NCBI GenBank assembly: GCA_044221725.1
Contig: JBGAON010000001.1
Location: 64,001 to 128,000, forward strand
DNA: 64,000 bases
DNA from: Elusimicrobiota bacterium
GTDB lineage: Bacteria; Elusimicrobiota; Elusimicrobia; F11
Direction of reading: 5' to 3'
The position numbers and the translations under genes are program-made. The notes below the pieces were generated by a model. That model made no database searches and was not told the DNA's origin. It saw only the letters and a program-made list of their open reading frames with translations. Below, piece by piece: positions 11,313-21,274 of this stretch (its first letter is position 1; every line of letters starts with the position of its first letter).

Positions 11313-11705
11313 TTATCGGCCGGAACCGCCCGTGGATCCACTTCCCATCGAGCCTGTTCGTGAGCCGCTGTCCGATGATCCGGGGCCGGACGAATTGTCG
11401 TTCGTGTTGCTGTTCGTCGGGTTTGTTCCTGTAGAGGAACCGGAATGATGATTCTTATGATTCTTTTTATGTTTTCGAGAATCTTTTCCCGATGCATTCT
11501 GGTCGACGCTGTTTGGATTTCGGTCTCCCGTTTCTGTTCCCATCGATCCAGTCGAGCCGTTTTGAGAGGGGTCGGACCGTCCCGTCCCACTGTTCATTTT
11601 CGTGTTGTCCGTCGCGTCATTTGCTGAAATTTCTTTAACCTGAAATCCGGTGACGGACATTCCCAAAGCCGATAGCAACACAAGCATCTTTTTTTTCATC
11701 TTCAT
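11313..11705 (-). CDS. Small secreted low-complexity (Ser/Gly/Asn/Thr-rich) protein
   Basis: GGAGG SD, signal peptide, disordered body with RKHKKNHKNHH patch. Confidence 0.7.
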   Translation of the reverse strand: MKMKKKMLVLLSALGMSVTGFQVKEISANDATDNTKMNSGTGRSDPSQNGSTGSMGTETGDRNPNSVDQNASGKDSRKHKKNHKNHHSGSSTGTNPTNSNTNDNSSGPGSSDSGSRTGSMGSGSTGGSGR

Positions 11706-11789
11706 AATTTTCCTCCGTTTTTATGGTCTGCCGTTATTACGAAGGAATATTTCGTTGGTTCACTTTGTATTTTTGGATTTCACGGCGTG

Positions 11790-12171
11790 TTTAAGTCGAG
11801 AGGAGTTCCATTCTCTAAGAATCCAAAATGGCAACTTAGAACCCAAAAACTTGAGGTACCAAATTGGCACCTCAAGTTCGGGTTATGGAGGGCGGCGTTA
11901 CCTACCTTTTGCCTTTACAGAAAATGGAGTGGCCATGTTGAGCTCCGTTTTAAACAGCGAGCGGGCCATTCACGTGAACATTCAAATTATGCGGGCCTTC
12001 ACCAAAATCCGGGAATGGCTGGCCAATCACCGAGACCTTCAAGAAAAGATCAAAAAACTCGAGCGGAAATTCGACAAGAAGTTCGCGGTGGTTTTCAGAG
12101 CGATTCAGTTGTTACTGGACGGACCACAAAAGCCGGTTCACGTAAGAGGGTTTGTTAAGCGGGGCGACTGA
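11790..12171 (+). pseudogene. 5'-truncated ORF6N-domain (phage antirepressor-like) gene
   Basis: LSREEF...GGRRYLPFAFTENGVAMLSSVLNSERAIHVNIQIMRAF is the C-terminal half of ORF6N; the N-terminal half and a credible start are missing. Confidence 0.75.
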
Positions 12172-12401
12172 GAATTAACCCCTTGGTGCCTGGGACTACC
12201 GATTGACCTGGTACCGGCCCACTCGCGGGCTCTTCTACTGTTGAGAAGCTCTTCTTTAGAAGGTGCCAACACCCGTTTATTCAAATGCGGAAATCGGGAG
12301 GTACCTATGGAAAAAGGGAGACGGCATGTTGATCCGGAGCAAATGACGTCGGCGGAACGGTTAGATCGAATTGTTGAAATCTTAGTGAAGGCGCGCTCAG
12401 G

Positions 12402-13250
12402 TTGTATTGGGAAGGGGAGGGAACCACAGTTTTAAATCCTGAATCTTTGCGGTTTGAAATACCGGTGCCCTATAAAGGTCGCGTTCCGTTTGGGGAAAAG
12501 AAAATTGGATTCGAGCGTGAAAAAGTTGAACTGGAGCAGGTGATCATCAAGCGGATCCAAATCAACCCCTTGCGAGTCGAACTCCCCGATTGTTACGGTA
12601 ATCAAAACTCTGGACTAAAAACACAGGCGACCCGTTTTGAATACCGTAAAGATCGCCTGCCCGGCTCCAACGGTGTTAGAAAACAGGCTGGACTAAATGG
12701 TACCTCCGTTTTCTATGACCGTCAAACAACTCTCCGCGGGTCCAACGGTCTTAGAAAACATTCTACGCAAATAAACCCACTTTTCGAAGTCGAAACAGTT
12801 ATAGGCGACCTATTTATGTGGGACGATTCGGTTTTTGGGTGGGCCAACGGAGCAAAAGGGATGCGCCTGATCCTGACTCCAGCAGCGGCCAAAGCTATCC
12901 GGAGCCAGCAGCGGAGATGGCAAGAGCCGAAACCACCCCCGATCCAAATCATGCTTAAACAGGCCCGCCAGCTAAAAATCCGGCTGGAGCAGGACCCTGA
13001 CCTCACCCGTGCCGCGCTGGCCAATGAGGTCGGCATGAACCCGTCTTATCTGACGCGAATCCTCAACCTCCTTAACCTGGCCCCGGAAATCCATAGCTAC
13101 ATTCTCTCGCTCCCACCCAGCCAAACAAAAGGGCCCATTACAGAAAGCCGGATAAAACATTTGGCCCGAATTTCCAACCACGAAGATCAACACCGCGAAT
13201 TCAATCTACTAAAGAATGCGGCCACCAGACGTCCGGTTGTAACGATGTAA
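12402..13250 (+). pseudogene. Mosaic mobile-element remnant; C-terminal part is an HTH protein of the type found beside serine recombinases
   Basis: C-terminal TRAALANEVGMNPSYLTRILNLLNLAPEI HTH; N-terminal part is repeat-containing and has a weak TTG start. The real gene may start near 12817. Confidence 0.45.
12591..12780. repeat. Degenerate ~75-bp tandem repeat
   Basis: TCCAACGGT(G/C)TTAGAAAACA at 12666-12685 and 12741-12760 (19/20 identical); CTGGACTAAA and CCGTTTT also recur at similar spacing. Confidence 0.7.
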
Positions 13251-13538
13251 TTTTTTACCAATCCAGCTAAACCCAGTGTTCGCTTGAAGCGCCGAACGAC
13301 CCCGGGAGAATAAAAAGTAACAATTATCCAACTCACATTCGTTTACATTTCTCAAACCGATTCGAGTCCAGAAAGACCTTGAACCTTCTCGAAGTCGCTG
13401 TACGGTCCCAGTCCTGACGACACGATGGTGCCGAATCAAGGAGGTGGGACCGATGAGCGATTGTTATGCGATTCGCAAAGCATTCCGCAAATGGTGGGCA
13501 AGCAACTACATAGAACTCTTGGATTCCGTGGTGATGTT

Positions 13539-14237
13539 TTATCTGGGGATTGTGATTTTATTGGCTGTTTGCGCCGTTGTCGAAATTTTCAGAGGATAAA
13601 CTTTCCACAGCATCTGGATATCTTCCGGATCCACACCTCGTGGGCACCGGCCGCGGATGTATGCTGGCTTGAGCCTAAAACCATTTTCTTTGATTACCGA
13701 TCCATTCAGAATTTTTTTGATGCTTTCATGGCACAGAATCGCCGATTCGCGGTCAATCTCCAACAACCGCGCCGCCAAATTGACCGCGTATCCCAAATAA
13801 TCTGTTTGAGTGGCCGCTTGGCCCGGCCGGCTGGCGACCATTTTCCACACATGGCCGGCGGCGATACGAATCCGGAACGGCCCCGGCGCTGGGAACGCTT
13901 TTTTTGAAATGCCACGAATGCCCACATCCAACTCCACCGCATGTCGCAGAAATTCGGACACTTGGCGTTTGGCACTTCCCTTGCCGATTTCCGTGACACA
14001 CATGAATCCATCGCCCATCAACTTCACAAAGTATCCGTTGCCGTTTCTGAACCGGATAAATTCGTGATAAATTTCAACCATAAACGTCTTGAATTCCTCC
14101 GGGGAATTACTCCCTCGACGAGTCCAGGCTCCGAAATCAGTGATGTCGCCAAACGCGACCAAAACTTTTACCCGTTCTGCTTTTATCTTTGGAGCCCGTT
14201 GCAGAAACTCCAAATCGAGTGGCCTCCGCCCTCTCAT
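13539..14237 (-). CDS. Stand-alone class III adenylate/guanylate cyclase domain protein
   Basis: FGDITDF, VKLMGDGFM, RIRIAAG and DYLGYAVNLAARL motifs; GGAGG SD. Confidence 0.85.
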   Translation of the reverse strand: MRGRRPLDLEFLQRAPKIKAERVKVLVAFGDITDFGAWTRRGSNSPEEFKTFMVEIYHEFIRFRNGNGYFVKLMGDGFMCVTEIGKGSAKRQVSEFLRHAVELDVGIRGISKKAFPAPGPFRIRIAAGHVWKMVASRPGQAATQTDYLGYAVNLAARLLEIDRESAILCHESIKKILNGSVIKENGFRLKPAYIRGRCPRGVDPEDIQMLWKVYPLKISTTAQTANKITIPR

Positions 14238-14254
14238 TTTTACCTCCAGGAAAT

Positions 14255-14312
14255 AAAAAAAGGCGTCGCCTCTGATAAAAAAGAAGCAACGCCTTGACTC
14301 GACTCAACAGCG
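14255..14312 (-). promoter_or_regulatory. Leader attenuator-like element: small hairpin plus intrinsic terminator, copy 1
   Basis: CGCTG-TTGA-GTCGAG-TCAA-GGCGTTGCTTCT...AGAGGCGACGCC-T7, lying between a TATAAT (14334-14339) and the cyclase SD. Confidence 0.75.
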
Positions 14313-14385
14313 ATGTTTTTCCCTTACATCACCATTATAAAAAAGATCCGATCATAAATTCATTTCTCCGTCTCATTGTCAGAGA

Positions 14386-15315
14386 TCATGTCGCTGGAGG
14401 AAAATTGTGGGGTCGTGCCGTTTGGGTATTTTGCAAGCGCTGAGAGCGAAGATAGGTAATGTCTTGGAAAATGATTCCTGATCCACGGGATAACCCCGAC
14501 TTATCTCGAATCAAAAATGTGCTGTAACCGATGATGAGAGGCACATTGCCTGATCGTGGCAATTCAATTTCTTCCCGTTGCACGACTTTTCGATTTGTCC
14601 GAGTCCCCTCAAGGATCGCGCAAAGAGCTGGATATTGTGAAAATGCCTCCGCCACTTTTCTAACAATGACCTTCTCTTCCTGCGCCTGGAGAATCCGACA
14701 CGCGGTCGCATTGCATTGAATAATCAAACCCTCTGGATCAACGGAGACAAAACCACCAGTCAAGCTGTTTATCACTCCATCCGTATAGGCCGTCCAATTT
14801 GCCATTTTTTCATACAGTGTGCAGTTTTCAATGGCGGTACCAATCTGGCCGCAAAGATGTTCCAGGAAAAGAAGATCTTGCTCCCGAAAAACACCATCGG
14901 AGCGATTGACCAATTCCACGACGCCAAGAAGCTTATCGTGACGAACGACAGGAACACAAACAATCGAACGCGTCTTTACCCCGGTGATCACATCCACCGC
15001 CCGGTTAAATCGGGGGTCGTTTTGCACATTCTCTAATAGAATCGGCTTCTTATTGGCAGCGACCCATCCAGAAATACCGGATCCGATCTTAAAAGGGATT
15101 TGCTGCAAAAGGTTGATGGGAACTCCCTTGGCTGCCACCGGATAAAGCTCTTGGCTGGCTTCCTTGATGGCGAAAAAAGTTCCTCCCTGCGCCTTTAATA
15201 TGTCACCACACCTATTCAGAACAAACAAATGAAGCATGGGCAGTTCGTGAATATGGTGTAAATCAGACAACGCTTCCAAGAGCGCTCCCATGTGGTAAGT
15301 TCCGAGCGTCGCCAT
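14386..15315 (-). CDS. GAF + PAS domain protein with no output domain
   Basis: DPRFNRAVDVITGVKTRSIVCVPV...VNRSDGVFREQD GAF; INSLTGGFVSVDPEGLIIQCNATA PAS ending in FQDIT. Confidence 0.85.
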   Translation of the reverse strand: MATLGTYHMGALLEALSDLHHIHELPMLHLFVLNRCGDILKAQGGTFFAIKEASQELYPVAAKGVPINLLQQIPFKIGSGISGWVAANKKPILLENVQNDPRFNRAVDVITGVKTRSIVCVPVVRHDKLLGVVELVNRSDGVFREQDLLFLEHLCGQIGTAIENCTLYEKMANWTAYTDGVINSLTGGFVSVDPEGLIIQCNATACRILQAQEEKVIVRKVAEAFSQYPALCAILEGTRTNRKVVQREEIELPRSGNVPLIIGYSTFLIRDKSGLSRGSGIIFQDITYLRSQRLQNTQTARPHNFPPAT

Positions 15316-15342
15316 TACAGATTCATCCGATGATAAGGGATA

Positions 15343-15876
15343 TCAGATCTCAATATATCTAGAAATCGTTGCAGTGGTCGCCCCATTTTTTTCAACATAT
15401 TTTCTCCAGACATTTAATTCGATGTGGAGAAACTGGCAAGTCTTTGACGGAGGGAGAAACATTATTGAGAGGACATCGTTGAGTGCCCGCTGGGTTACTC
15501 CATTCTTAGATAAATATAAGACACCATTTTCCTCAAAACAGACAATGGATGAACCGTTCTTCGACTTAAAACCGATCTGCGCATATGGCACACCCTCTGG
15601 ATTCCGCATGATCTCAATAGACTTAGAGTTAGTTTGACCGAGGTACGCGACCAGTTCATCAAGAACTTCGCGGGCCATAAACTCTGGATCATCAAGACCC
15701 TCCGCATGCACCTCTGCTGCAAACTTCGCGCAACAATAAAAATGACCGACCGTGCCCACGGCAAGGCATACGGTGAGCATCCTTAATTGCTTTCTCCAGA
15801 ATCCCTTTCTAATCCCCCAAATTTTCATGTTAAAGGCTAAAAAAGTTACGTTGATCGATTTGAGAAATTGGAGCAA
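15343..15876 (-). CDS. Hypothetical protein
   Basis: ORF fills the gap in a co-oriented run; start uncertain; no motif recognised. Confidence 0.45.
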   Translation of the reverse strand: MLQFLKSINVTFLAFNMKIWGIRKGFWRKQLRMLTVCLAVGTVGHFYCCAKFAAEVHAEGLDDPEFMAREVLDELVAYLGQTNSKSIEIMRNPEGVPYAQIGFKSKNGSSIVCFEENGVLYLSKNGVTQRALNDVLSIMFLPPSKTCQFLHIELNVWRKYVEKNGATTATISRYIEI

Positions 15877-15888
15877 AATCTCTGTAGT

Positions 15889-17301
15889 TTATAGCCATGG
15901 CGTAGAACTCGGAGCGACTTCATTCCACGACGAACGGATGAGGATTACGTTCAGGGCCGGTACTTCAAGCGTCTCATCGTAAAATATTCCACAAGAAGTC
16001 GATAACGTGCCGCCGGTGGATGAAACCGTTCCATTGACCCATACGGCGCCATTGAAGTCCAGATATTTAAGGATGCTTAAGTTTCCACCTACATAGGTAA
16101 AGCCCCTAATGCCGACCGTGCACTGGTACGGACCAGTTCCCAACCCTGGAACGCCAAAACCCGTCGTTCCAAAGGCAAACGTTGAAGCAGTGGAGCGCAA
16201 CCCCGTATCGGCAGGATATTGAGCCGAAGACGATGTATCATGCGGACCGGTCTTTGTGAATTTTTGATGTTGTTGCCATGCGTTTGTCGGAACGGGGCCT
16301 GTGTATCTGTATTCGCCCGGAGTATCGATGGTCAAATTACCTCTTACGATGATGATGCCACGGAGCCCACAACTTTGGTTCGCAGTACTGGCACCGCTCA
16401 ACGTCACATCTCCGTCCCAATACCAAACATAGGTATTGTTGGGCAGATTCCGAGCCGATTTTTGATGGCACCACGGATTGCCAAAATGAGTGGCATGCGC
16501 ACCGGAAGAAGAGCAAGACGCGCGCGTGTCCCATGCGGTTGCGCTATTGTTGGTGCCCGCACCCCCTTGGGTCGACCGGCATCCATAAACGTTCAATGTT
16601 CCCGTCGCCGCAGCCGAAGAGCGTAGGGCGGCGAAATCCAATACAGGGACATCGGGCACTCCTTCATACTGAGACCACCACTCCACGTTGTCGGTGTTCG
16701 GTGGCGTCAGGCCATTGGTATCTCGTGGGTTGGTGGCTGTTCCAGTCACGATGCCCTTTGCGTACTTTTGAGGGTAGTAAATTGCCCCAACCACATCGTC
16801 TGCGATTGTGATGTTGCCCTGAGAAATAATTGGTCCCCAGAAAATAATAAGGCCTTTGGCCCAAGAAACATTTCCTCCGGCCATGAGAGCGCTATAAATT
16901 GTCTGGTTTTGCACCACCATTTTGATTGAACGGGTGGCGTTGTTTGCCGCATCACGTCCCTCGCCCCAAATAGTCACTTGCTTGGTGGCCGGACCAGATG
17001 AAAATCGAATCCGGTAAGTGCCTCCCGCGACATCAGAATAGGTGGTGTCAAAGTTATAGCCCGCAATAACAGTTCCAGCGGCCGCCTGAGCAAATGTTGA
17101 GGTTGAGCTTTTGAGTTTCCACATGCCCCGGTCCACTCCCGATTCCGCTAAATTGAAAGCAAGGCTGGTCTTCTGGGTTTTCACTGCCATTTTCATGTCT
17201 TGTTGAAGCCACATCACGAGCGCGGGCAATAAAACCATACACACGAGCATGATCGCCAAAACAGCTGGTAATGCGAATCCTCTCGATTTATTTTTCATCA
17301 A
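15889..17301 (-). CDS. PilX-like minor pilin / pilus assembly protein
   Basis: KNKSRG-FALPAVL class III signal; AFNLAESG PilX N-terminal motif; SSWNEV C-terminus. Confidence 0.8.
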   Translation of the reverse strand: MMKNKSRGFALPAVLAIMLVCMVLLPALVMWLQQDMKMAVKTQKTSLAFNLAESGVDRGMWKLKSSTSTFAQAAAGTVIAGYNFDTTYSDVAGGTYRIRFSSGPATKQVTIWGEGRDAANNATRSIKMVVQNQTIYSALMAGGNVSWAKGLIIFWGPIISQGNITIADDVVGAIYYPQKYAKGIVTGTATNPRDTNGLTPPNTDNVEWWSQYEGVPDVPVLDFAALRSSAAATGTLNVYGCRSTQGGAGTNNSATAWDTRASCSSSGAHATHFGNPWCHQKSARNLPNNTYVWYWDGDVTLSGASTANQSCGLRGIIIVRGNLTIDTPGEYRYTGPVPTNAWQQHQKFTKTGPHDTSSSAQYPADTGLRSTASTFAFGTTGFGVPGLGTGPYQCTVGIRGFTYVGGNLSILKYLDFNGAVWVNGTVSSTGGTLSTSCGIFYDETLEVPALNVILIRSSWNEVAPSSTPWL

Positions 17302-17801
17302 TTCATCAACCGAACCTTTTCAGACGCCATGTGGAGCGCCTTAGTTTGACCTTCATATGTGGCTTTCTCAATCGTCATAGATACGGAAACAATACTCATA
17401 TCATCAGAACGGGGAAGCGCAAATGCAAGATAACGCAAATTGGAGGTTAGGGTTTTTGTTGACCCGTTGACGCTCATCATAAGACTCCTTCCGTTTTGGT
17501 AGTACATATTCGAATTTGAATCGATGTCGGTAAACCTAATTCGAGAATAATAGGGTTGGCCGCTCACTTGATCCATAATAAGCGTGGTTGACCGAGCTTG
17601 TCTCAAACGCCGGGTAATAAGCTCCATTGAGGAACGGGCCTCTCGTTGAATTTCAACCTTCGCGTTACTCAAAAAGAAAAATCGCCGGACTTGTTTGTAT
17701 AAATTGGGAGCAATCATGACGAGAACTCCCAAAATCGACACGACGATCATCAGTTCGATAAGAGTTGTGCCTTGTTGTCCTCTCCTGGCGCTAAAAAGCA
17801 A
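17298..17801 (-). CDS. Prepilin-type N-methylation domain protein (PilW-like)
   Basis: QQG-TTLIELMIVV prepilin motif; probable TTG start at 17801 behind AGGAG. Confidence 0.82.
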   Translation of the reverse strand: MLFSARRGQQGTTLIELMIVVSILGVLVMIAPNLYKQVRRFFFLSNAKVEIQREARSSMELITRRLRQARSTTLIMDQVSGQPYYSRIRFTDIDSNSNMYYQNGRSLMMSVNGSTKTLTSNLRYLAFALPRSDDMSIVSVSMTIEKATYEGQTKALHMASEKVRLMN

Positions 17802-20394
17802 AGTTGACTCCTGATGTACGGTAACCTGGTGTGACCGACACATTGGTTACGGTTCGAGAACTGATGACAGGAGCAGAACCGCTGAATTTTGGGTAATAGG
17901 CATAAAGAACATAGGTCGTTGTCGTGCTGCCACGAACGTCGATGATAAATGTCCCGTCTTCGTAACTGTTGGTGACATAAACAGATGCGGAGGTTAAAGT
18001 GCCGGTACTGAGTTGTGGCGGGCCGCTCGACAAAGTCATTGTAGAGCACACAATGGTAACACCCGTCTTGATGGCTTGGCCCGACTCGGTTACGCTTCCC
18101 GCAACACTTCCGAAAGCTCCGGAAATCGTGATTGTAGCCGCATTGACTGTAGTTCCAGCGGTTACCGTCACCGAGGCACTGGTGGGACTCGCGACCTCTC
18201 CTGTCCCCAGCGTCGGGGAAATAGTGTAAGTGCCAGTTGATAAGTTCTGCAGAAGATATCTGCCATCGCTTCCCGACACTTCTTGATCGACAGTAGCTCC
18301 GCCAGAATCAACCGCTGTAAATACAATTCCAGGCAGGGGATTGGTTCCATCGCGCGTGCAAAATCCTCGAACCTTTCCGCCTTGAGTTAAATTGAAATTG
18401 ACATTGGAAGTGACCTCGCCGAGGTTAACCACAACAGTTTGTGATGACTGCCACACGTAAATAGAATTTGGAGAAAGAACATTCGCCATAATGTCGTAAG
18501 TACCTGGGGGCACCGACAACAGATAGGTTCCATTCGATGTGTTAGCTTGAGTGGTGAGAGAATTGGCGCTCACGGTGATGGCTGGACTGATAGCCGCTCC
18601 TAGCGCGTTCTTGACCCATCCAGAAACATACCCCTGGGTCGCCACCGAAGAAAGAATAACTGCGTTATACCCGCTTGCTGGCCACCCAGGAGATGTGACG
18701 CTGTTTGGTATGAGTGTTGTTGTGTTTGGCGAAACAGTGACCGAAGATATCTCCATATAGAGACTTGCGCTGGCGATATAAACGGTCCAAGTGCCTGTTG
18801 CTACGGAAGTCAGTTGAAATTGGGCACAAGGAGGAGAGCCCGCTGACGTCGCATTCACCACCTGAGAAAGACCGTCCGTCGCAGTGATAAAGGCTCCAAT
18901 TGCGGGCACACCAGCAACCACGGGAACAATGGCGCTGGCTGTGTTCTTGGGAACCCATCCGACGGGGCTAAGTACACTGAGGTCGACGTTATTATCTCCT
19001 GCATCATAAGCGGGTCCGTACGCCGGGTTGTAACCACTTGTGCTGGAGAACCGATAAAATTGCTCATTGTCGTTCAAGCCTTGAGTTTGACTTATAGCGT
19101 TGCCTTCATAGAGAGGAGGCGTTTGAGATCCATCTCCTTTCCATCCAACTGTGTCAAGGGTGGTCCCATTGGAAACGCTATACAGTTGGAGACTGGCTCG
19201 CCCCCAAGCATTCGTATCTTCGTAGGTTGTAATAATATTGGGATCCACTGCGCTGAACCGAGGACTAAAAGCTGTGTCATTTGTCCCAGCCGTCGTACTC
19301 CAAGTGGCATCCGCGTTTATTCCTGTTCCGACGGCTGTAATTGTCGTTGTATTCGCGAACAGATAGAAACCACCGGGCGCTATTGAAGGTGAAATGTAGT
19401 TAAGCGTGATATTAACCGGTGATGGATCCAGAGTACTCGTTCGCTGAAATTTAAGGCCCACATCGGAAGCAGTCCAAGTCCAAGTGGTTGGGTTAAAGAC
19501 TTCCACCCATTCCTGATTAAAACCGCTTGCACTAATGGAGCTCCCAACAACTTGGCTAATCACCAAGTGATTATTAATCCACGCTGTCCCCTGTACGGTG
19601 CCGGAGCCCATAGCGACCAAGGCAATGTTCTGAGTCACAGACGTCGGTGGGACAGAAACCGTTATATAGGAGGGAAAGTAGCCATTCGCGGTCACGCTCA
19701 TGGTATATGAACCTGGAAGCAAGTTAACGAGATAGTTTCCACTGGCGTCGCTGAAATCCTGATAACCAACATTTTCTGCCATCGTTATTAGTGCGCCTTG
19801 GATCCCAGTTGCAGTAGCTGAATTAGTGACCTGGCCACGCACGATGGCATTGTTCATTCTCATGTTGATGTTCCCAAGAATGTTGTTGATTTGAATCTTT
19901 TTCGTTTCTGTTCCCTGATTCCATACAACGGTAACAGTAATGGCCTTCATTCCTGAATCAGGAACAGCTCCCAGATAAACCAAATTGCCGCTATTTTCGT
20001 CAGTCACTTCAACGAAGGTGTAGCGCGTGAACCGCATGCCACCTTCTAGAATTGATTCCGGCGGGTAATAACCTGCATCGTAGGGAACTGAGGGACTAAA
20101 ATTTGTCAGATAAGCGGTCGCGGTGGTAACGAGAACTTTATCGAAAACTTGCTCTTTTAAGATTTGCATTTTCTCTTGGGCGAGATTGGCGGCGAGGGTT
20201 CGGCTTTTTGAAGTTTGAATAGCTTTGCCTATATTTGCAAAGACGCCCACGATCCCAATGCTAACAATACCCAGGATGGCGACGGCCACCATCAATTCGA
20301 CAAGGGTCGTTCCAGTTTGATGCTTACTTGTTAAAACGATGCGCCGGTGTAAGTAAAAGTTGGTTGATTGATTGTTTTTCGACACTTGGCGCAT
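17791..20394 (-). CDS. Large PilV-like prepilin with carboxypeptidase-regulatory-like repeats and a lamin-tail-like domain
   Basis: QTG-TTLVELMVAV motif; repeated DASGNY..NLLPGSYT type units; LVISQV...EWVEVFNPT. Start moved to ATG 20394. Confidence 0.8.
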   Translation of the reverse strand: MRQVSKNNQSTNFYLHRRIVLTSKHQTGTTLVELMVAVAILGIVSIGIVGVFANIGKAIQTSKSRTLAANLAQEKMQILKEQVFDKVLVTTATAYLTNFSPSVPYDAGYYPPESILEGGMRFTRYTFVEVTDENSGNLVYLGAVPDSGMKAITVTVVWNQGTETKKIQINNILGNINMRMNNAIVRGQVTNSATATGIQGALITMAENVGYQDFSDASGNYLVNLLPGSYTMSVTANGYFPSYITVSVPPTSVTQNIALVAMGSGTVQGTAWINNHLVISQVVGSSISASGFNQEWVEVFNPTTWTWTASDVGLKFQRTSTLDPSPVNITLNYISPSIAPGGFYLFANTTTITAVGTGINADATWSTTAGTNDTAFSPRFSAVDPNIITTYEDTNAWGRASLQLYSVSNGTTLDTVGWKGDGSQTPPLYEGNAISQTQGLNDNEQFYRFSSTSGYNPAYGPAYDAGDNNVDLSVLSPVGWVPKNTASAIVPVVAGVPAIGAFITATDGLSQVVNATSAGSPPCAQFQLTSVATGTWTVYIASASLYMEISSVTVSPNTTTLIPNSVTSPGWPASGYNAVILSSVATQGYVSGWVKNALGAAISPAITVSANSLTTQANTSNGTYLLSVPPGTYDIMANVLSPNSIYVWQSSQTVVVNLGEVTSNVNFNLTQGGKVRGFCTRDGTNPLPGIVFTAVDSGGATVDQEVSGSDGRYLLQNLSTGTYTISPTLGTGEVASPTSASVTVTAGTTVNAATITISGAFGSVAGSVTESGQAIKTGVTIVCSTMTLSSGPPQLSTGTLTSASVYVTNSYEDGTFIIDVRGSTTTTYVLYAYYPKFSGSAPVISSRTVTNVSVTPGYRTSGVNFAF

Positions 20395-20557
20395 ATGATG
20401 AATATATATGTGAATCTCAGCCCTTTCCAGAATTATTTGCACATTTAGGACGTGACGTTTTGCACATTTGGCGTGACAAAAGTACCTGCAAAAACTATGG
20501 AAATTCTGAACGATCGGATGTAGATTCAAACGGATTGTTACTGTTAAGGAGATGTGA

Positions 20558-21163
20558 ATGTTGAAGGAAGGAACACTACACAGCCACGTTATCCAACCAA
20601 GCAAAAGTAACCGGATTTTCGGGCAATACATTATTAAGCATGGATTTCAATTCAAATGCGCCTTGGTTGTTTTTGGTGCTGTTGCTATCTCTCTTGGTAT
20701 TGTATGGCTGGAAAGCCATTGGGTTATGGGTCGTCTATTGGAAGCAAACGTATTGCCGGAGGATGCGAAGGCTCAACTCGAACTGTTGCTCGGAATCACC
20801 GGTAAAACCAGCGTGCTATTCGCCTCGGTTGTGCTTGGATTAACCCTATTCCTATCTCATTTTGTGGCCGGACCCATTTTTAGATTTGAGAAAACATTTG
20901 AAGAAATGCGAGACGGCAATCTCACGACAAATATTCGACTACGCGGTCATGATGAATTCAAAGAAACCGCCGATCTTTTAAATCAGGCCCTTTCCAGTAT
21001 TCGCAACAAACTGAAAAAAGAACGGGAAGAAAATGAAGTGTTGTGGATAAAAGCACAAACACTCTCGAAGGAGCTTAGAGATTTTGGACAGACCGCACAG
21101 GCAGATCAATTGGATAAATTGATCGCTCAATTCAAAAACCAACCTCGTCAAATCAAAATCTAA
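20558..21163 (+). CDS. Two-TM HAMP domain protein
   Basis: Two hydrophobic helices, then SHFVAGPIFRF...GNLTTNIRLRGHDEF HAMP and a coiled coil. Confidence 0.75.
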   Translation: MLKEGTLHSHVIQPSKSNRIFGQYIIKHGFQFKCALVVFGAVAISLGIVWLESHWVMGRLLEANVLPEDAKAQLELLLGITGKTSVLFASVVLGLTLFLSHFVAGPIFRFEKTFEEMRDGNLTTNIRLRGHDEFKETADLLNQALSSIRNKLKKEREENEVLWIKAQTLSKELRDFGQTAQADQLDKLIAQFKNQPRQIKI

Positions 21164-21274
21164 AACACGACGCAACGACCATCGCGATGAGGCAAGATCT
21201 CTCTATGGGAACCGCAACGCCTTGGTTTGCCCAACAGCTTACCGATAATTTTAATCGAAATTATTATGATGCAT

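Noticed and set aside
12184..12215. TGGTGCCTGGGA, resembling the reverse complement of a tRNA 3' end (att site); similar TGGTGCCG at ~13426
   Set aside because: No T-loop (TTCGA) or cloverleaf can be built next to either; too short to call.
12591..12780. Possible mini CRISPR array
   Set aside because: Only two good 20-nt copies, the 'spacers' resemble each other, and no cas genes are present.
13539..14237. Pycsar/CBASS-type defence cyclase
   Set aside because: No adjacent TIR or TM effector gene; residues fit an ordinary adenylate cyclase.
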